Virus record (IMG/VR): IMGVR_UViG_3300049048_000052
Location: 186,001 to 250,000 of that record
Direction: 5' to 3' (one strand)
DNA: 64,000 bases
The position numbers and the translations under genes are program-made. The notes beneath the pieces are model-generated. The model made no database searches and had not been told where the DNA came from. It worked only from the letters and a program-made list of their open reading frames with translations. Positions 7,110 through 16,887 of this stretch are shown here, piece by piece. How positions within the stretch are numbered: the first letter of the stretch is position 1; each line of letters begins with the position of its first letter.

Positions 7110-8297
7110 ATGCTATCAAACAGATTTATGACCGAACCACTATTTATAAGTATACTGGGCCCTGCGGGGGTCGGTAAGTCGTTTACGGTTAATGAGAAGC
7201 TTAAAGAGGATCCATCCTACTGTATGAGGACCAGTACCACTGGTATATCAGCAGTGAACCTAGGAGGGGGTGCCATGACTATTAACTCAGCCCTCAAATA
7301 TTTTAATACTAAGCAGCTACTAATGAAGGTAGCCAATAAAGAAATAGATAGTATTCTGAAGAAGATCAGTGAGAGATTCAGGTACATAGTTATAGATGAG
7401 TGCTCTATGTTAGATGCCGCTCAGGTGGACCTTATATATACTGCTATATGTAGATTTAATGCTCAGAATAGAAAGAGGAAGTTAGGACTATATCTAACTG
7501 GTGATAGTGGTCAGTTGCCTGCTGTAAGTGGTAAGCCCTTCTTTGAGGCTAGATACTGGAATGCCTTTCATGTCTCATATCTAACTGAGGTAAAGAGACA
7601 GAGTGATAAGGACTTTATTAAGGCATTACAACTAGTGAGAGCAGGTAGGCCCGAGGAGGCTGTAGACTGGTTTGAGGAGAACATAGGATTCCATAGTTCT
7701 ATTGATGAGGACTTTGAGGGCTCCACTTTCTTCTCTATGAATGCTGAGGTGGATACCTATAACTTTAGGAAGCTCACTGAGTTAGAGGGCGTATCCAAGA
7801 AGTATGTAGCCCTAATAGAGGGTACACCTATGGCTGTGTGGAAGGACATACCTAAGTATGTTGAACTAAAGAAGGGCGCCCTCATTACTATCCTTATCAA
7901 TAACATTGAGCAGGGTTATGCCAATGGTGATATGGCCATCGTCCAGGAGACCTTTGACACCTGTATCCTAGTTAAGCTACTGAGAACTAAGAGGCAGGTA
8001 TACATCCATTATCATGGTGTAAATAATGTGCCCCTAGGTCAATATAAACCTGTAGGTTCTATCAGTTACTTACCAGTTAGATTATCGTGGGCCAGCACTA
8101 TTCATAAGAGTCAGTCTCTGAGTCTAGATGCAGTACAGATTAAGTTAGGTGGTGAGTTCCTAGAGAGATTAAGTGGTGGTTTATATACTGCTCTATCTAG
8201 AGTAAGGACAAAGGAAGGCCTACGCATAGTAGGTAATAGAGAATCGTTTATACAAAGTTGTTACGTTGATCCTAGATACATTCCATATATTAAATAG
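7110..8297 (+). CDS. SF1B DNA helicase (Pif1/RecD/Dda-like)
   Basis: GPAGVGKS, IVIDECSM, GDSGQLPAV, LTEVKRQ, NGD, WASTIHKSQ, YTALSR. Confidence 0.92.
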   Translation: MLSNRFMTEPLFISILGPAGVGKSFTVNEKLKEDPSYCMRTSTTGISAVNLGGGAMTINSALKYFNTKQLLMKVANKEIDSILKKISERFRYIVIDECSMLDAAQVDLIYTAICRFNAQNRKRKLGLYLTGDSGQLPAVSGKPFFEARYWNAFHVSYLTEVKRQSDKDFIKALQLVRAGRPEEAVDWFEENIGFHSSIDEDFEGSTFFSMNAEVDTYNFRKLTELEGVSKKYVALIEGTPMAVWKDIPKYVELKKGALITILINNIEQGYANGDMAIVQETFDTCILVKLLRTKRQVYIHYHGVNNVPLGQYKPVGSISYLPVRLSWASTIHKSQSLSLDAVQIKLGGEFLERLSGGLYTALSRVRTKEGLRIVGNRESFIQSCYVDPRYIPYIK

Positions 8298-8307
8298 GTA
8301 TAGATAA

Positions 8308-9057
8308 ATGAGTAACTTACAGGACCTCTACAGGGAAATGGATAATAAAGTGAAGAATATGAATGAGCTCAAAACAGAGTTCTCTGAGCTTATGTTCTTT
8401 GTTGATTACCCAGAGATAGATACGGTTCACTTCTATTGTGAATATGAATACAACGATCAGGGTGGTACTTATCCTGTGTTTAGGATAAACACAGTAGAAA
8501 TACATGATGAGCAAAGAAGGGCTCAGTTCCTCAACCGTATGGGTTATCCAGATACTGATATGGAGGAATGGTTAGAGGAGGAAGGCAGCTATGAGTTTGG
8601 TTATATATTAGGTAGATATATTGAAAGCCATGCGGATGAATATGGCGAGGGCTCCTTACATAATGATAGGGAAACTCTAGGAGAGCGTTGTCTAAGTCTG
8701 GCTCAGAGAATGAGTGAAGCTATAGGCTCATCCAATATCCCTATCGTATATATAGTAGAAGAAGTCATAGTTAACTATGATGATTCCTACTATAGATTAG
8801 CAGAGGGTCATCAGGCTGACTCTGTATTCCTAGATAAGAAAGCAGCAGAGAAGAAAGCAGAGCAATGTGCCCTCTATATCCTTAAGGAATATGGTGATGA
8901 CATAGAGTACATTGAGGATCATATCACCTGGCCTAGTGACTATATGTACCTAGGAGCTGATAAGCTTGTACAGGATATATTAGATGGTACTTTAGGTATT
9001 GATAGAGTGGGATATAGCTCCCTTGCTAAAGTGAGGGAAATAAAAATAGAAGGTTAA
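8308..9057 (+). CDS. acidic hypothetical protein; N-terminal domain related to the 9763-11034 paralogs
   Basis: FFVDYPEIDTVHF..EYNDQGG matches FF.KYP....V.V..S..YND.GG of the paralogs. Confidence 0.8.
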   Translation: MSNLQDLYREMDNKVKNMNELKTEFSELMFFVDYPEIDTVHFYCEYEYNDQGGTYPVFRINTVEIHDEQRRAQFLNRMGYPDTDMEEWLEEEGSYEFGYILGRYIESHADEYGEGSLHNDRETLGERCLSLAQRMSEAIGSSNIPIVYIVEEVIVNYDDSYYRLAEGHQADSVFLDKKAAEKKAEQCALYILKEYGDDIEYIEDHITWPSDYMYLGADKLVQDILDGTLGIDRVGYSSLAKVREIKIEG

Positions 9058-9058
9058 T

Positions 9059-9766
9059 ATGAAAGGTTTATCTATTACAGCCATCGGTCGGCGTCCCATA
9101 GAGGAATGTGTAAATATCTACTATGAGTTGATCGATAAGCTAGGAGTAGAGTACCTTCAGTTAGCAGTTGGGTCTAAGTGTAATGTGGAGTATTTAGATG
9201 GCCTAGATACTCCCTTTACTCTGCATGATAGCTGTCTATACGAGGGGGACTCTAGGTTATTCATTAATCCGTTAGAAGATACTAACTATGATAGGTATAA
9301 GGACTTCATAGAGAAGCACCAGGTTAGTTATATGGGTATACATCCTCCATTAAAGAAGGACTGTACTCAGCGTGAGTTAAGAGAAGGCCTTCAGTATATG
9401 TCTAAGTACTTAGGTATACCTGTGGCCCTAGAGATAATGCCTAGTCCTGAGTACTGGATGTCTGAGGATAATATGGTACCTGGTGTCCCTATCCTCCTGG
9501 ATATTAGTCATATAAATCTATGGACTGAGGGTAATCTTAGTAGGGCCGAGAATGTCTCCTTATCCCTATTAGAGAGATACCAAGTACTAGAGATACATCT
9601 CTCACATAACAGAGGCAGGGCTGATTCTCATGATATGATTCCGAGGTCCATCTGGTTTAACCAATACTTAGAACAGTGGGACGATGAGTATCGTCTTGTA
9701 ACCTATGAGTCTGTACCTATTGATTATAAGGAATACGAAAGGTTAGATAAGAGGAGAAATAAATGA
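9059..9766 (+). CDS. TIM-barrel metalloenzyme (xylose isomerase/AP-endonuclease-2-like superfamily)
   Basis: Metal-ligand motifs GIHP, ALEIMP, LLDISH, EIHLSHN.G..DSH and YE in barrel order. Confidence 0.75.
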   Translation: MKGLSITAIGRRPIEECVNIYYELIDKLGVEYLQLAVGSKCNVEYLDGLDTPFTLHDSCLYEGDSRLFINPLEDTNYDRYKDFIEKHQVSYMGIHPPLKKDCTQRELREGLQYMSKYLGIPVALEIMPSPEYWMSEDNMVPGVPILLDISHINLWTEGNLSRAENVSLSLLERYQVLEIHLSHNRGRADSHDMIPRSIWFNQYLEQWDDEYRLVTYESVPIDYKEYERLDKRRNK

Positions 9767-10170
9767 CATTAAACATAGATGACTTAGTCCTTAAACTTAA
9801 GAGGACCCATAATCTGCTGACCACTTATAAATTGTTTCAGAAGTACCCTGAGATTAAACAGGTTAAAGTAAGGTTCTCTAACCAATATAACGATTGGGGT
9901 GGTTATGATGAGGTTATTGAACTAAAAGGTGTGGGACTCTTTGAGGATAAAGCAGAAGAGTTCACAGCCTCTATGAAGAGGTTTGCTAGCCCAGACCTTA
10001 ATTTAGAAGAGATCATAGAATGTGGTTCAGGATACCCGCAGCAACTTCATTATATTGAGGATGAGGAAGTCACTTATACTAATCCAGGCCCCGAGGTTAT
10101 AGAGAGTAATCTACTCAGTATTGAGGCTATGCTCTGGGGCATCAATAAGTTAAATGAAGTACAGGAATGA
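9763..10170 (+). CDS. acidic hypothetical protein, tandem paralog 1 of 3
   Basis: LK.THNLL.T, KYP, SNQYNDWGG, GYP, YTNPGP; ATGA coupling. Confidence 0.85.
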   Translation: MTLNIDDLVLKLKRTHNLLTTYKLFQKYPEIKQVKVRFSNQYNDWGGYDEVIELKGVGLFEDKAEEFTASMKRFASPDLNLEEIIECGSGYPQQLHYIEDEEVTYTNPGPEVIESNLLSIEAMLWGINKLNEVQE

Positions 10171-10604
10171 GTAGCGCTAATATAGGTGTTCTAGTAGAAA
10201 AACTAAAGATAACCCATAACTTGCTAGAGACCCTAAAGTTCTTTCATAAATATCCTCAACTTGATTATGTGGTGGTTAAACACTCTAATAACTATAACGA
10301 TGAGGGTGGGTTCTATGACTCCGTGTCGCTGTATGACTTTGAGATATTAGAGGGACAGGAGCAATTCCTATTGGAAGCCTTTAACTTCAATGTATGTAAC
10401 CCTGATCATATATGTGCCTTTGATATAGAGGATACCACTGGATATCCCAACACACTATGGTTTACCTATGATGGGGATGAGGTTACCTACCACAACCCTG
10501 GACCTGATAAGGCAGCCGCTTACATTGATCATACAGAGACTACTATTAAGGGCATCAATGCCTTATTTGAACTAAACGATATGTGTAAGGGTAAGTATGA
10601 GTGA
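10167..10604 (+). CDS. acidic hypothetical protein, tandem paralog 2 of 3
   Basis: LKITHNLLET, KYP, SNNYNDEGG, GYP, YHNPGP. Confidence 0.85.
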   Translation: MSSANIGVLVEKLKITHNLLETLKFFHKYPQLDYVVVKHSNNYNDEGGFYDSVSLYDFEILEGQEQFLLEAFNFNVCNPDHICAFDIEDTTGYPNTLWFTYDGDEVTYHNPGPDKAAAYIDHTETTIKGINALFELNDMCKGKYE

Positions 10605-11034
10605 AAGTCTGGCAACCGGCATTATAAAAGAGCTGAAAAAGTTACACAATGCATTGAGAACTCTAGAGTTCTTTAAGGAATACCCTCAAGTAGAGAGCCT
10701 TCAGGTTGAGTGCTGTAGGAGCTATGATGACCATGAGTATTATGATGATATGCAACTGGTCAAGATAGAACTTATAGAGGGTAGAGAGGAAGAGTTCTGT
10801 GACCTAATACAGGTAGATAGGACCTACTGGAAGGAGGAGGGCTTTGGGTTTGAAGTAGAACCCCAAACTAACTACCCTCATGAGTATCTCATGTATATGC
10901 ACGATGGTTATATAGTCGATTATGTTAATCCAGGGCCTGCCTTAATAGATTGTAATATAAGATCTATTGAGGGAAGACTTAGGGCGATAGCAGGTTTATT
11001 ACATATGGACTTAGAGGAATATGACTATAATTAA
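10597..11034 (+). CDS. acidic hypothetical protein, tandem paralog 3 of 3
   Basis: LKKLHNALRT, EYP, RSYDDHE, NYP, YVNPGP. Confidence 0.85.
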   Translation: MSESLATGIIKELKKLHNALRTLEFFKEYPQVESLQVECCRSYDDHEYYDDMQLVKIELIEGREEEFCDLIQVDRTYWKEEGFGFEVEPQTNYPHEYLMYMHDGYIVDYVNPGPALIDCNIRSIEGRLRAIAGLLHMDLEEYDYN

Positions 11035-12151
11035 AGAAAGTCCTACATACATCAGTAAAGCTAAGAAAGGTAATGATAAGTTCTGGAGGATAGCTGTACT
11101 TGAGAAAGGCACATCTTATTACACCAGACAGGAATACTGGCAGACCACTAATGATGGCACGGATAGTGTCCATCAGTTTAGTGAACCTAAGCTCATTACA
11201 CCTAAGAACGTAGGTAAGAAGAACGAGACTAGCCCCCTAGCACAAGCCCTATCTGAGATGGAGTCAACTATACTCCGATATAAGGATAAGGGTTATCATC
11301 TAGAGGGTGAAGACGCGGCTACCCTCATACTACCTATGCTTGCTATGGAATATAGTAAACGTAAGGCAGTCAATAAGGTTACATGGCCTATGTATGGTCA
11401 ACCCAAGTTAGACGGGGCCCGTTGCTTATACAGTAATAAGACTGGATTCTATAGTAGGATGGGTAAACCTTTCCTAGCTGAGGTTACAGCTCATATTCAC
11501 AGACCAAGTATCAAGGATAGCTACATACTAGATGGAGAGCTTATACTACTTAGGCCCTATACTTTCCAGGATACAATGAAGGCCATCAAGAAGTTTAGGG
11601 AGGACCTAAGTCCTCAGCTAGTATATGTAACCTACGATGTTATAGATACTGAGAATCTAGATATGCCCTTCATTGAGAGGCTAGACTTATTAGATCATAT
11701 CCATTCTATCTTTCTATCTAGAAGTATGGTGACCTGTAAGACTGAGACTCTAGTCGACGAGGAGGATATGCTTAAGTATCATACAGAGATTATCCGATTA
11801 GGCTTCGAGGGCACAATGCTTAGGGATCCTAACTCTACCTATAGTATTAATCATAGGAGCGCTGGGCTACTCAAGTATAAGGACTTCCTTGATGATGACT
11901 TTGAGATCACTAATGTAGTCTCAGGTGTGGCTAAGTTCAAGGACTGCGGCATATTCGAATGTAGAACCAAGGATGGTCAGATCTTCTCTGTAACACCTCA
12001 GGGCACCCTTGAGGAGAAGCAGGAGTACCTCAAGAAGTCCAAGGAGTTAATTGGTCAGTTACTTAAAGTTAAATATCAGAATTTATCAGAGGATGGTATA
12101 CCTAGATTCCCAGTGGGTATAGGTATACGAGATAAAAATGTAGAGGGCTAA
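11021..12151 (+). CDS. ATP-dependent DNA ligase with an N-terminal WGR-like domain
   Basis: QPKLDGAR (motif I), LDGEL, FEGTMLR, LLKYK, KVKYQ, PRFPV. Confidence 0.93.
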   Translation: MTIIKESPTYISKAKKGNDKFWRIAVLEKGTSYYTRQEYWQTTNDGTDSVHQFSEPKLITPKNVGKKNETSPLAQALSEMESTILRYKDKGYHLEGEDAATLILPMLAMEYSKRKAVNKVTWPMYGQPKLDGARCLYSNKTGFYSRMGKPFLAEVTAHIHRPSIKDSYILDGELILLRPYTFQDTMKAIKKFREDLSPQLVYVTYDVIDTENLDMPFIERLDLLDHIHSIFLSRSMVTCKTETLVDEEDMLKYHTEIIRLGFEGTMLRDPNSTYSINHRSAGLLKYKDFLDDDFEITNVVSGVAKFKDCGIFECRTKDGQIFSVTPQGTLEEKQEYLKKSKELIGQLLKVKYQNLSEDGIPRFPVGIGIRDKNVEG

Positions 12152-13444
12152 ATGTTAGATGATATTACTATTCAAAGGCTAGAGAGATTAAAGAACCACA
12201 TAGGCCTGTCTAGTATACATCCTGACTTCAATACTAGAGGGGCGTCTAATTGCCCCTTTTGTAATAAGAAGGGTAAGGGTTATATAGTAGATGACCAGTT
12301 CTTCAAGTGCTATAGCAGTAGGTGTGCTACCCAAGGCGACCTCGTATCTATCTATAGGAAACTACACGGACTAGAGGGTAAAGGATCATTCTTTACAGCC
12401 ATATCTGAGTTAGAGAAGCTAGCAGGACTATCTGATCTTACTGAGACTAATGATGAGAGATCTGAACTCTTAGGGGAGGTAGTTGACACCTATGCCTCTA
12501 TCCTATGGACATCCGAGGGTAGAGAAGCACTCAAGTATCTAAAGAGTAGAGGCTTTGATGATATTAGCCTTAATATGTACCAAGTAGGATATGCACCACA
12601 AGGTTCAACCCTACTCAAGTATGGCTTTGATATTAATAAGCTAAGTCAGCATCAATTATATGATAGGCGCCATGAGAAGGAATACTTCTCTAATCGTATT
12701 ACCTTCCCCATTAGGGATATGCAAGGTAAGTATGTTCATATAGTTGGTCGTTGGTTAGGTGATGTACCCAAGGATGAGAATGGGGATGATAAATGGCTAA
12801 GGTATAAGGACAGTAAGGGTCCAATTACTAGTAAGAACTACTTCGCCTTTGAGCATCTAATCCCTGCTTTTAGTCTTAGGAACAAACCATACCTTGTATT
12901 AACTGAAGGGTTCCCTGATGCACTAACCTTAAATCAGGCAGGCATTCCTGCTATAGCTATCCTAGGACTTGAAGGCCTTCTTAAACAGTATCAAAAGTTT
13001 AAGGATCTAGAGGAACTAATAGTCGTAGCTGATAATGATTACTTTGCTGAGGATCATCCATTATATCCGCTTGAATATAAGAGTTGGAGAAGGTTGATAC
13101 CACAACTAGTAGAGCTGCAGATCATGCTACCTCAGGTCAAGATCAGTTGGCTTATGGTACCTGAGGGCGGCACCACTAGTAGAGGTATTAGCTATAGCTG
13201 TAAAGATGTTAATGATTGGTATAACAGATCTGGTATGAGCAGTAGAGATCTACAGGCTCATATCATAGCTAATAAACAAGAGTTAGTACCTACCCTCATA
13301 GAGAAGTGGGGCCCAGATCTTAGTAGACACTTATCCTTAATTAGGTTAATAACTGCTACGGGCTCTGATGTTAGGCAACTAGAGAGATATATACCTGTGG
13401 GCTGGAGTCCTATAACGTACGCATCTCAAGTCTTCTCTTCATGA
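12152..13444 (+). CDS. dnaG: DnaG-type DNA primase
   Basis: Zn finger CPFC...FKCYSSRC, ALKYLKSRG, FSNRITFPI, TOPRIM LTEGFPDAL and ADND, KDVNDW. Confidence 0.9.
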   Translation: MLDDITIQRLERLKNHIGLSSIHPDFNTRGASNCPFCNKKGKGYIVDDQFFKCYSSRCATQGDLVSIYRKLHGLEGKGSFFTAISELEKLAGLSDLTETNDERSELLGEVVDTYASILWTSEGREALKYLKSRGFDDISLNMYQVGYAPQGSTLLKYGFDINKLSQHQLYDRRHEKEYFSNRITFPIRDMQGKYVHIVGRWLGDVPKDENGDDKWLRYKDSKGPITSKNYFAFEHLIPAFSLRNKPYLVLTEGFPDALTLNQAGIPAIAILGLEGLLKQYQKFKDLEELIVVADNDYFAEDHPLYPLEYKSWRRLIPQLVELQIMLPQVKISWLMVPEGGTTSRGISYSCKDVNDWYNRSGMSSRDLQAHIIANKQELVPTLIEKWGPDLSRHLSLIRLITATGSDVRQLERYIPVGWSPITYASQVFSS

Positions 13445-13483
13445 TTTAATTGATCCATTGATTGGTACTTAAACTTAAGAACC

Positions 13484-14047
13484 ATGTCGATAACTAATAT
13501 AATTAATGTCTATGATCAAGCTACCCAAGCTGATGTACTAAAGGGTAGCCAGTGGTATTCTAATGCCCGTCTAATAGCAGAGCATATGAGTAGAGAGTAT
13601 GATGTTCCAATAGAACAATGTGTTGCAGTCATGTCAGCCCTCTCACCTAGAAATAGATGGGAGAATAACATAGAGGATGCAAGAACTGTACTAAGGGCAT
13701 TCAAGGAAGGTAAAGGTGAGGGGGATGTTAAGGTACATACCTTCAATAAGAATAAGACAAAGGCCTTTGAGGTATTAAGGCAGGGCAATCCTGGACTTGT
13801 AACTACCTCTAATAAGACTAGGGCCTTCTTTGATAATATAGTTAATCCTTATAGTGACAAGGTGACCGTGGATGTACATGCTTATAGTGTATATAACGGA
13901 GAACGCCTAAGTAAACCAAGTATAAGTAATAGTAAATATAAAGAAGTTAGTGATAGTTATAAGGAGGCCGCAACTCAGATAGGGGTAAAACCTTATGAGT
14001 TACAGGCTATAACCTGGGTAACTTGGAAGCGTATAAATAAGATATAA
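13484..14047 (+). CDS. conserved phage protein of unknown function (DUF7178-like; possible HhH DNA-glycosylase-related fold)
   Basis: G.QWY..A, VMSALSPRN.W..N, KT.AF..NI, VTVDVHA, LQAITWVTWKR. Confidence 0.6.
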   Translation: MSITNIINVYDQATQADVLKGSQWYSNARLIAEHMSREYDVPIEQCVAVMSALSPRNRWENNIEDARTVLRAFKEGKGEGDVKVHTFNKNKTKAFEVLRQGNPGLVTTSNKTRAFFDNIVNPYSDKVTVDVHAYSVYNGERLSKPSISNSKYKEVSDSYKEAATQIGVKPYELQAITWVTWKRINKI

Positions 14048-14065
14048 GAACAAACTATAAATATT

Positions 14066-14740
14066 ATGCAGAGTGCTATACATATAGAAACTGGAGGCTC
14101 AGACAATGTAGTTGGACCTATAGTAGGAGTGGGTATAGCAATAGATGATCATGAAGTAGCTGCCTTAAGGGGATTGCTTCATATAGCTATATCCCCTAAT
14201 AGATTACGTGATATAAACTATAAATCCCTTTATGAGATCTTAGAGGTCCTAGATAAGGTCAATGGTAATAGGGAATCGCAGGGTCAACCTAGACTCATGA
14301 GAGGGGATCTGATAATAAGGAAGGCCGACTGGCTAGATTACTATGGTAAAGAGTCCTCCATATTAGGTATGATCCGCAGCTTAAAGCTCAGAATGAGAGC
14401 AGAGTATGGGGTCAATACAAAGGATATAAGCTGTACTGAGTTAGATCTAGGTGGTCCTGATATAGGCAGTGTTACTTCCTTATTAGCTTATATACACTCC
14501 CGTGCAATTAGGGAGTCCTATATTATTAATTATGATCTACACTTCCCTGGATTAGGTCTTATTAATCATAGAGGTAAGTTAAACAAAGAGCATATAAGGC
14601 GCCTAATGAAAATGAGAGTTAGGCCCGACTTCTATATATCACATTTATTAGTAGAGCTATCAAAGGAATTAGATGATGTTACTACAGAAAGTAATAGATA
14701 CGTGTCTGGATTACCAAGCGCAGAAGGGAATCAAACTTAA
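14066..14740 (+). CDS. degenerate RNase HII-like protein
   Basis: HIETGGSDNVVGPIVGVGI resembles GVDEAGRGxxAGPVVAA; the C-terminal SL.A...RA.R....YD..FPG.GL..H.G....H...L.K pattern matches RNase HII. The first catalytic Asp is replaced. Confidence 0.6.
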   Translation: MQSAIHIETGGSDNVVGPIVGVGIAIDDHEVAALRGLLHIAISPNRLRDINYKSLYEILEVLDKVNGNRESQGQPRLMRGDLIIRKADWLDYYGKESSILGMIRSLKLRMRAEYGVNTKDISCTELDLGGPDIGSVTSLLAYIHSRAIRESYIINYDLHFPGLGLINHRGKLNKEHIRRLMKMRVRPDFYISHLLVELSKELDDVTTESNRYVSGLPSAEGNQT

Positions 14741-15014
14741 TGAGTTTCTGTTAGATCTGGATAGCCATGTGTGTCAGGCGGACTTCTTGGTAGGGGATGA
14801 CGTACTGAATGCCTATGTAGACTTTATGTCTCACATAACTACATTAGGTAAAGCACTTGGTATGTATGGAGAGGAGAAAGTCTTTGATCCTGCTGCTATA
14901 GAATCATTGAGGGATCCTGCATTTGCATCTAAGTATCTTCAGGTATTTAGAGGTAAGAGATTGGATGCCCTATCAAAGATCAAGGAAAGCAGGACTTCAC
15001 AAGTGCTAGAATAG
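14673..15014 (+). CDS. hypothetical protein
   Basis: 113 aa, AAGGA RBS, in the operon direction. Confidence 0.65.
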   Translation: MMLLQKVIDTCLDYQAQKGIKLNEFLLDLDSHVCQADFLVGDDVLNAYVDFMSHITTLGKALGMYGEEKVFDPAAIESLRDPAFASKYLQVFRGKRLDALSKIKESRTSQVLE

Positions 15015-15045
15015 AGTCTGAAAAAGACTATATTTATATTGATTT

Positions 15046-15582
15046 ATGGTTAAGAAGATATGTGTTGTAGGGATAGATCCAGGAATAAGAGGTGGTCTAT
15101 CCTTACTTATAGGAACTAAGAATAAGATAGAGTATTGTGTAGCTAAGGCTGCCCCTACTATTAGTGTTGAGATCAAGAAGAATAAGTTTAGGGATAGAGT
15201 AGATGAGCTATCTATAGTTCCACTTCTATCAGGTTGGAATGTGTCTTATAAGATTGATGGTGTCTTCATCGAAAGGCAACATGTTATAAGCAAACAGGGC
15301 CTGGTTAGTAGTGGTGTGACTATGGAGGGTTATGGTCTGTATAAAGGTATATGTGCTGGACTTGGTCTAAAGTACTTTATACTAGAGGCCAAGGAATGGC
15401 AGGCAGATTATGACTTTAGTAGTAACGATGATACTAAGGATGGAAGTATTAGTTGGGCTAAGAGACTATTTCCTAATGTAGATCTATTTAGGAACTCTAG
15501 GTGTAGAACAGAGAGTGACGGTATGTCAGACTCTCTACTCATAGCTCATTTTGGTTTAAGTCATTGGGATGATATTAATTAA
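15046..15582 (+). CDS. ruvC: RuvC-like Holliday junction resolvase
   Basis: VVGIDPG, VFIERQ, G..YG...G, W, K..S...A..LFP, D..SDSLLIA. Confidence 0.82.
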   Translation: MVKKICVVGIDPGIRGGLSLLIGTKNKIEYCVAKAAPTISVEIKKNKFRDRVDELSIVPLLSGWNVSYKIDGVFIERQHVISKQGLVSSGVTMEGYGLYKGICAGLGLKYFILEAKEWQADYDFSSNDDTKDGSISWAKRLFPNVDLFRNSRCRTESDGMSDSLLIAHFGLSHWDDIN

Positions 15583-16707
15583 TTGATTATGCATAAGATA
15601 AATGAAAGTAAGGTATTAAAGAGTAAACCCAAGACTTACTCTGTCTCTAGGCTAAAGACCTTTGAGAGATGTAGTTATGAGTACTACCATAAATATGTAT
15701 TGGAAACTCCTATGGAGAGGAAACATACACTTAGTACTCTACTCGGGGGCCTTATACATGAATCCCTAGAGTTCCTCCATACTACTGATAGGGAGGATAT
15801 TATTAAGCTTATAGATGCTTTCCATGTCATAGTACTTGATTACCTCATAAAGAATAAGGTAATGGGGAATGTAAGTAGGGAGGAGGCTGAGGGTGTCGTA
15901 TCTCTATTAGAGTCCTATAGTAAGGATATAGCTCTCCTTTATGAGAGAGCCTCTGAGAACTATAGAGGGGCTGATGCTATTAGAGTAAAGGGTGGCGGCA
16001 TTGCATCCAACCCCACGATGACCACCGGCTGGAAGAATGCTGAGATAGAACTTGATCTACCTAATAGAAGAACCATCATAGAGAACTTCTTAGCTGATAA
16101 AGGGTCCGATGAGTATTCACATTTAGTACCTCAGCTATATGCTGACGCATATACTATGTGTACTGCATATAAGACCCCTACTGAAATTAGAGAGATAGTA
16201 GCATTAGAAATGCCCATCTCACACTGGTCTAAAGAAGAGATGAAGCTTATCAATCCTGTTAAGATGCCAGCTACCTATGGGGGTAAGAAGAGCATATACC
16301 TTAATGGTTATGTGGATCTTATCGCTAAGGTAGAGGTAGACGGTCACACGGGTATAGCTATCATAGACTATAAGACTGATAAGGCGGCCTACACTCAGGA
16401 TGAGGTCTCCTGCAATCGTCAGCTTATGACATATGTATATGCCTATGAGATACTCACAGAACAGCAGGTTGACTATATCGGTATTAATAATATTAGAAAT
16501 AATAAGCTCGTACTATCTAAGATTGATAGGGAGAAGATGGAGGTGGCCCTTGGGTCTCTCTTCTCGGCACACCTATTAATTGATAAGGGTCACTTCATTA
16601 AGAAGACACCTGATAGTGCTTATTCGCCATGTAAGGACTGCTATGGAAAGGCATGTCCCTTCCTAGAGTTCTGCTGGCCTCATACTTATGAAATATTAAA
16701 CAGTTAG
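15583..16707 (+). CDS. PD-(D/E)XK nuclease, RecB/AddB C-terminal-like; true start probably ATG 15589
   Basis: YSVSRLKTFERC, G.LIHE.LE, LNGYVDLI, IIDYKT, QL..Y and a C-terminal C..C...C.FLEFC cluster. Confidence 0.85.
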   Translation: MIMHKINESKVLKSKPKTYSVSRLKTFERCSYEYYHKYVLETPMERKHTLSTLLGGLIHESLEFLHTTDREDIIKLIDAFHVIVLDYLIKNKVMGNVSREEAEGVVSLLESYSKDIALLYERASENYRGADAIRVKGGGIASNPTMTTGWKNAEIELDLPNRRTIIENFLADKGSDEYSHLVPQLYADAYTMCTAYKTPTEIREIVALEMPISHWSKEEMKLINPVKMPATYGGKKSIYLNGYVDLIAKVEVDGHTGIAIIDYKTDKAAYTQDEVSCNRQLMTYVYAYEILTEQQVDYIGINNIRNNKLVLSKIDREKMEVALGSLFSAHLLIDKGHFIKKTPDSAYSPCKDCYGKACPFLEFCWPHTYEILNS

Positions 16708-16716
16708 GAGAATGAC

Positions 16717-16887
16717 ATGGGCGAGCTAATAGTTTGGCTGGTTGCAGCTTTAGTAACTATGTGGACCTACAATGACTTAGCCACACATCTATGGCAAATA
16801 CCAACAGTTAATTATTGGCAAGCCCTAGAAATGACCCTGCTTTTAGGAATAACAAGGCTGTTAGCGCTTGTGGATAGTCTAGAGTAG
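16717..16887 (+). CDS. small membrane protein missing from the track (56 aa, MGELIVWLVAALVTMWTYNDLATHLWQIPTVNYWQALEMTLLLGITRLLALVDSLE)
   Basis: AGGAG RBS at 16706-16710; hydrophobic; shares YN..A..LW.....Y.......G with the next ORF. Confidence 0.75.
   Translation: MGELIVWLVAALVTMWTYNDLATHLWQIPTVNYWQALEMTLLLGITRLLALVDSLE

Noticed and set aside
9059-9766. DUF692/MNIO RiPP-modifying enzyme
   Set aside because: It has LLDISH rather than the LLDxxN of DUF692, and no precursor peptide or partner protein is evident; a generic TIM-barrel call is safer.
15583-16707. Cas4 or a CRISPR system
   Set aside because: No repeat-spacer array or other cas gene is visible; the nuclease sits with RuvC and replication genes, as phage RecB-like exonucleases usually do.
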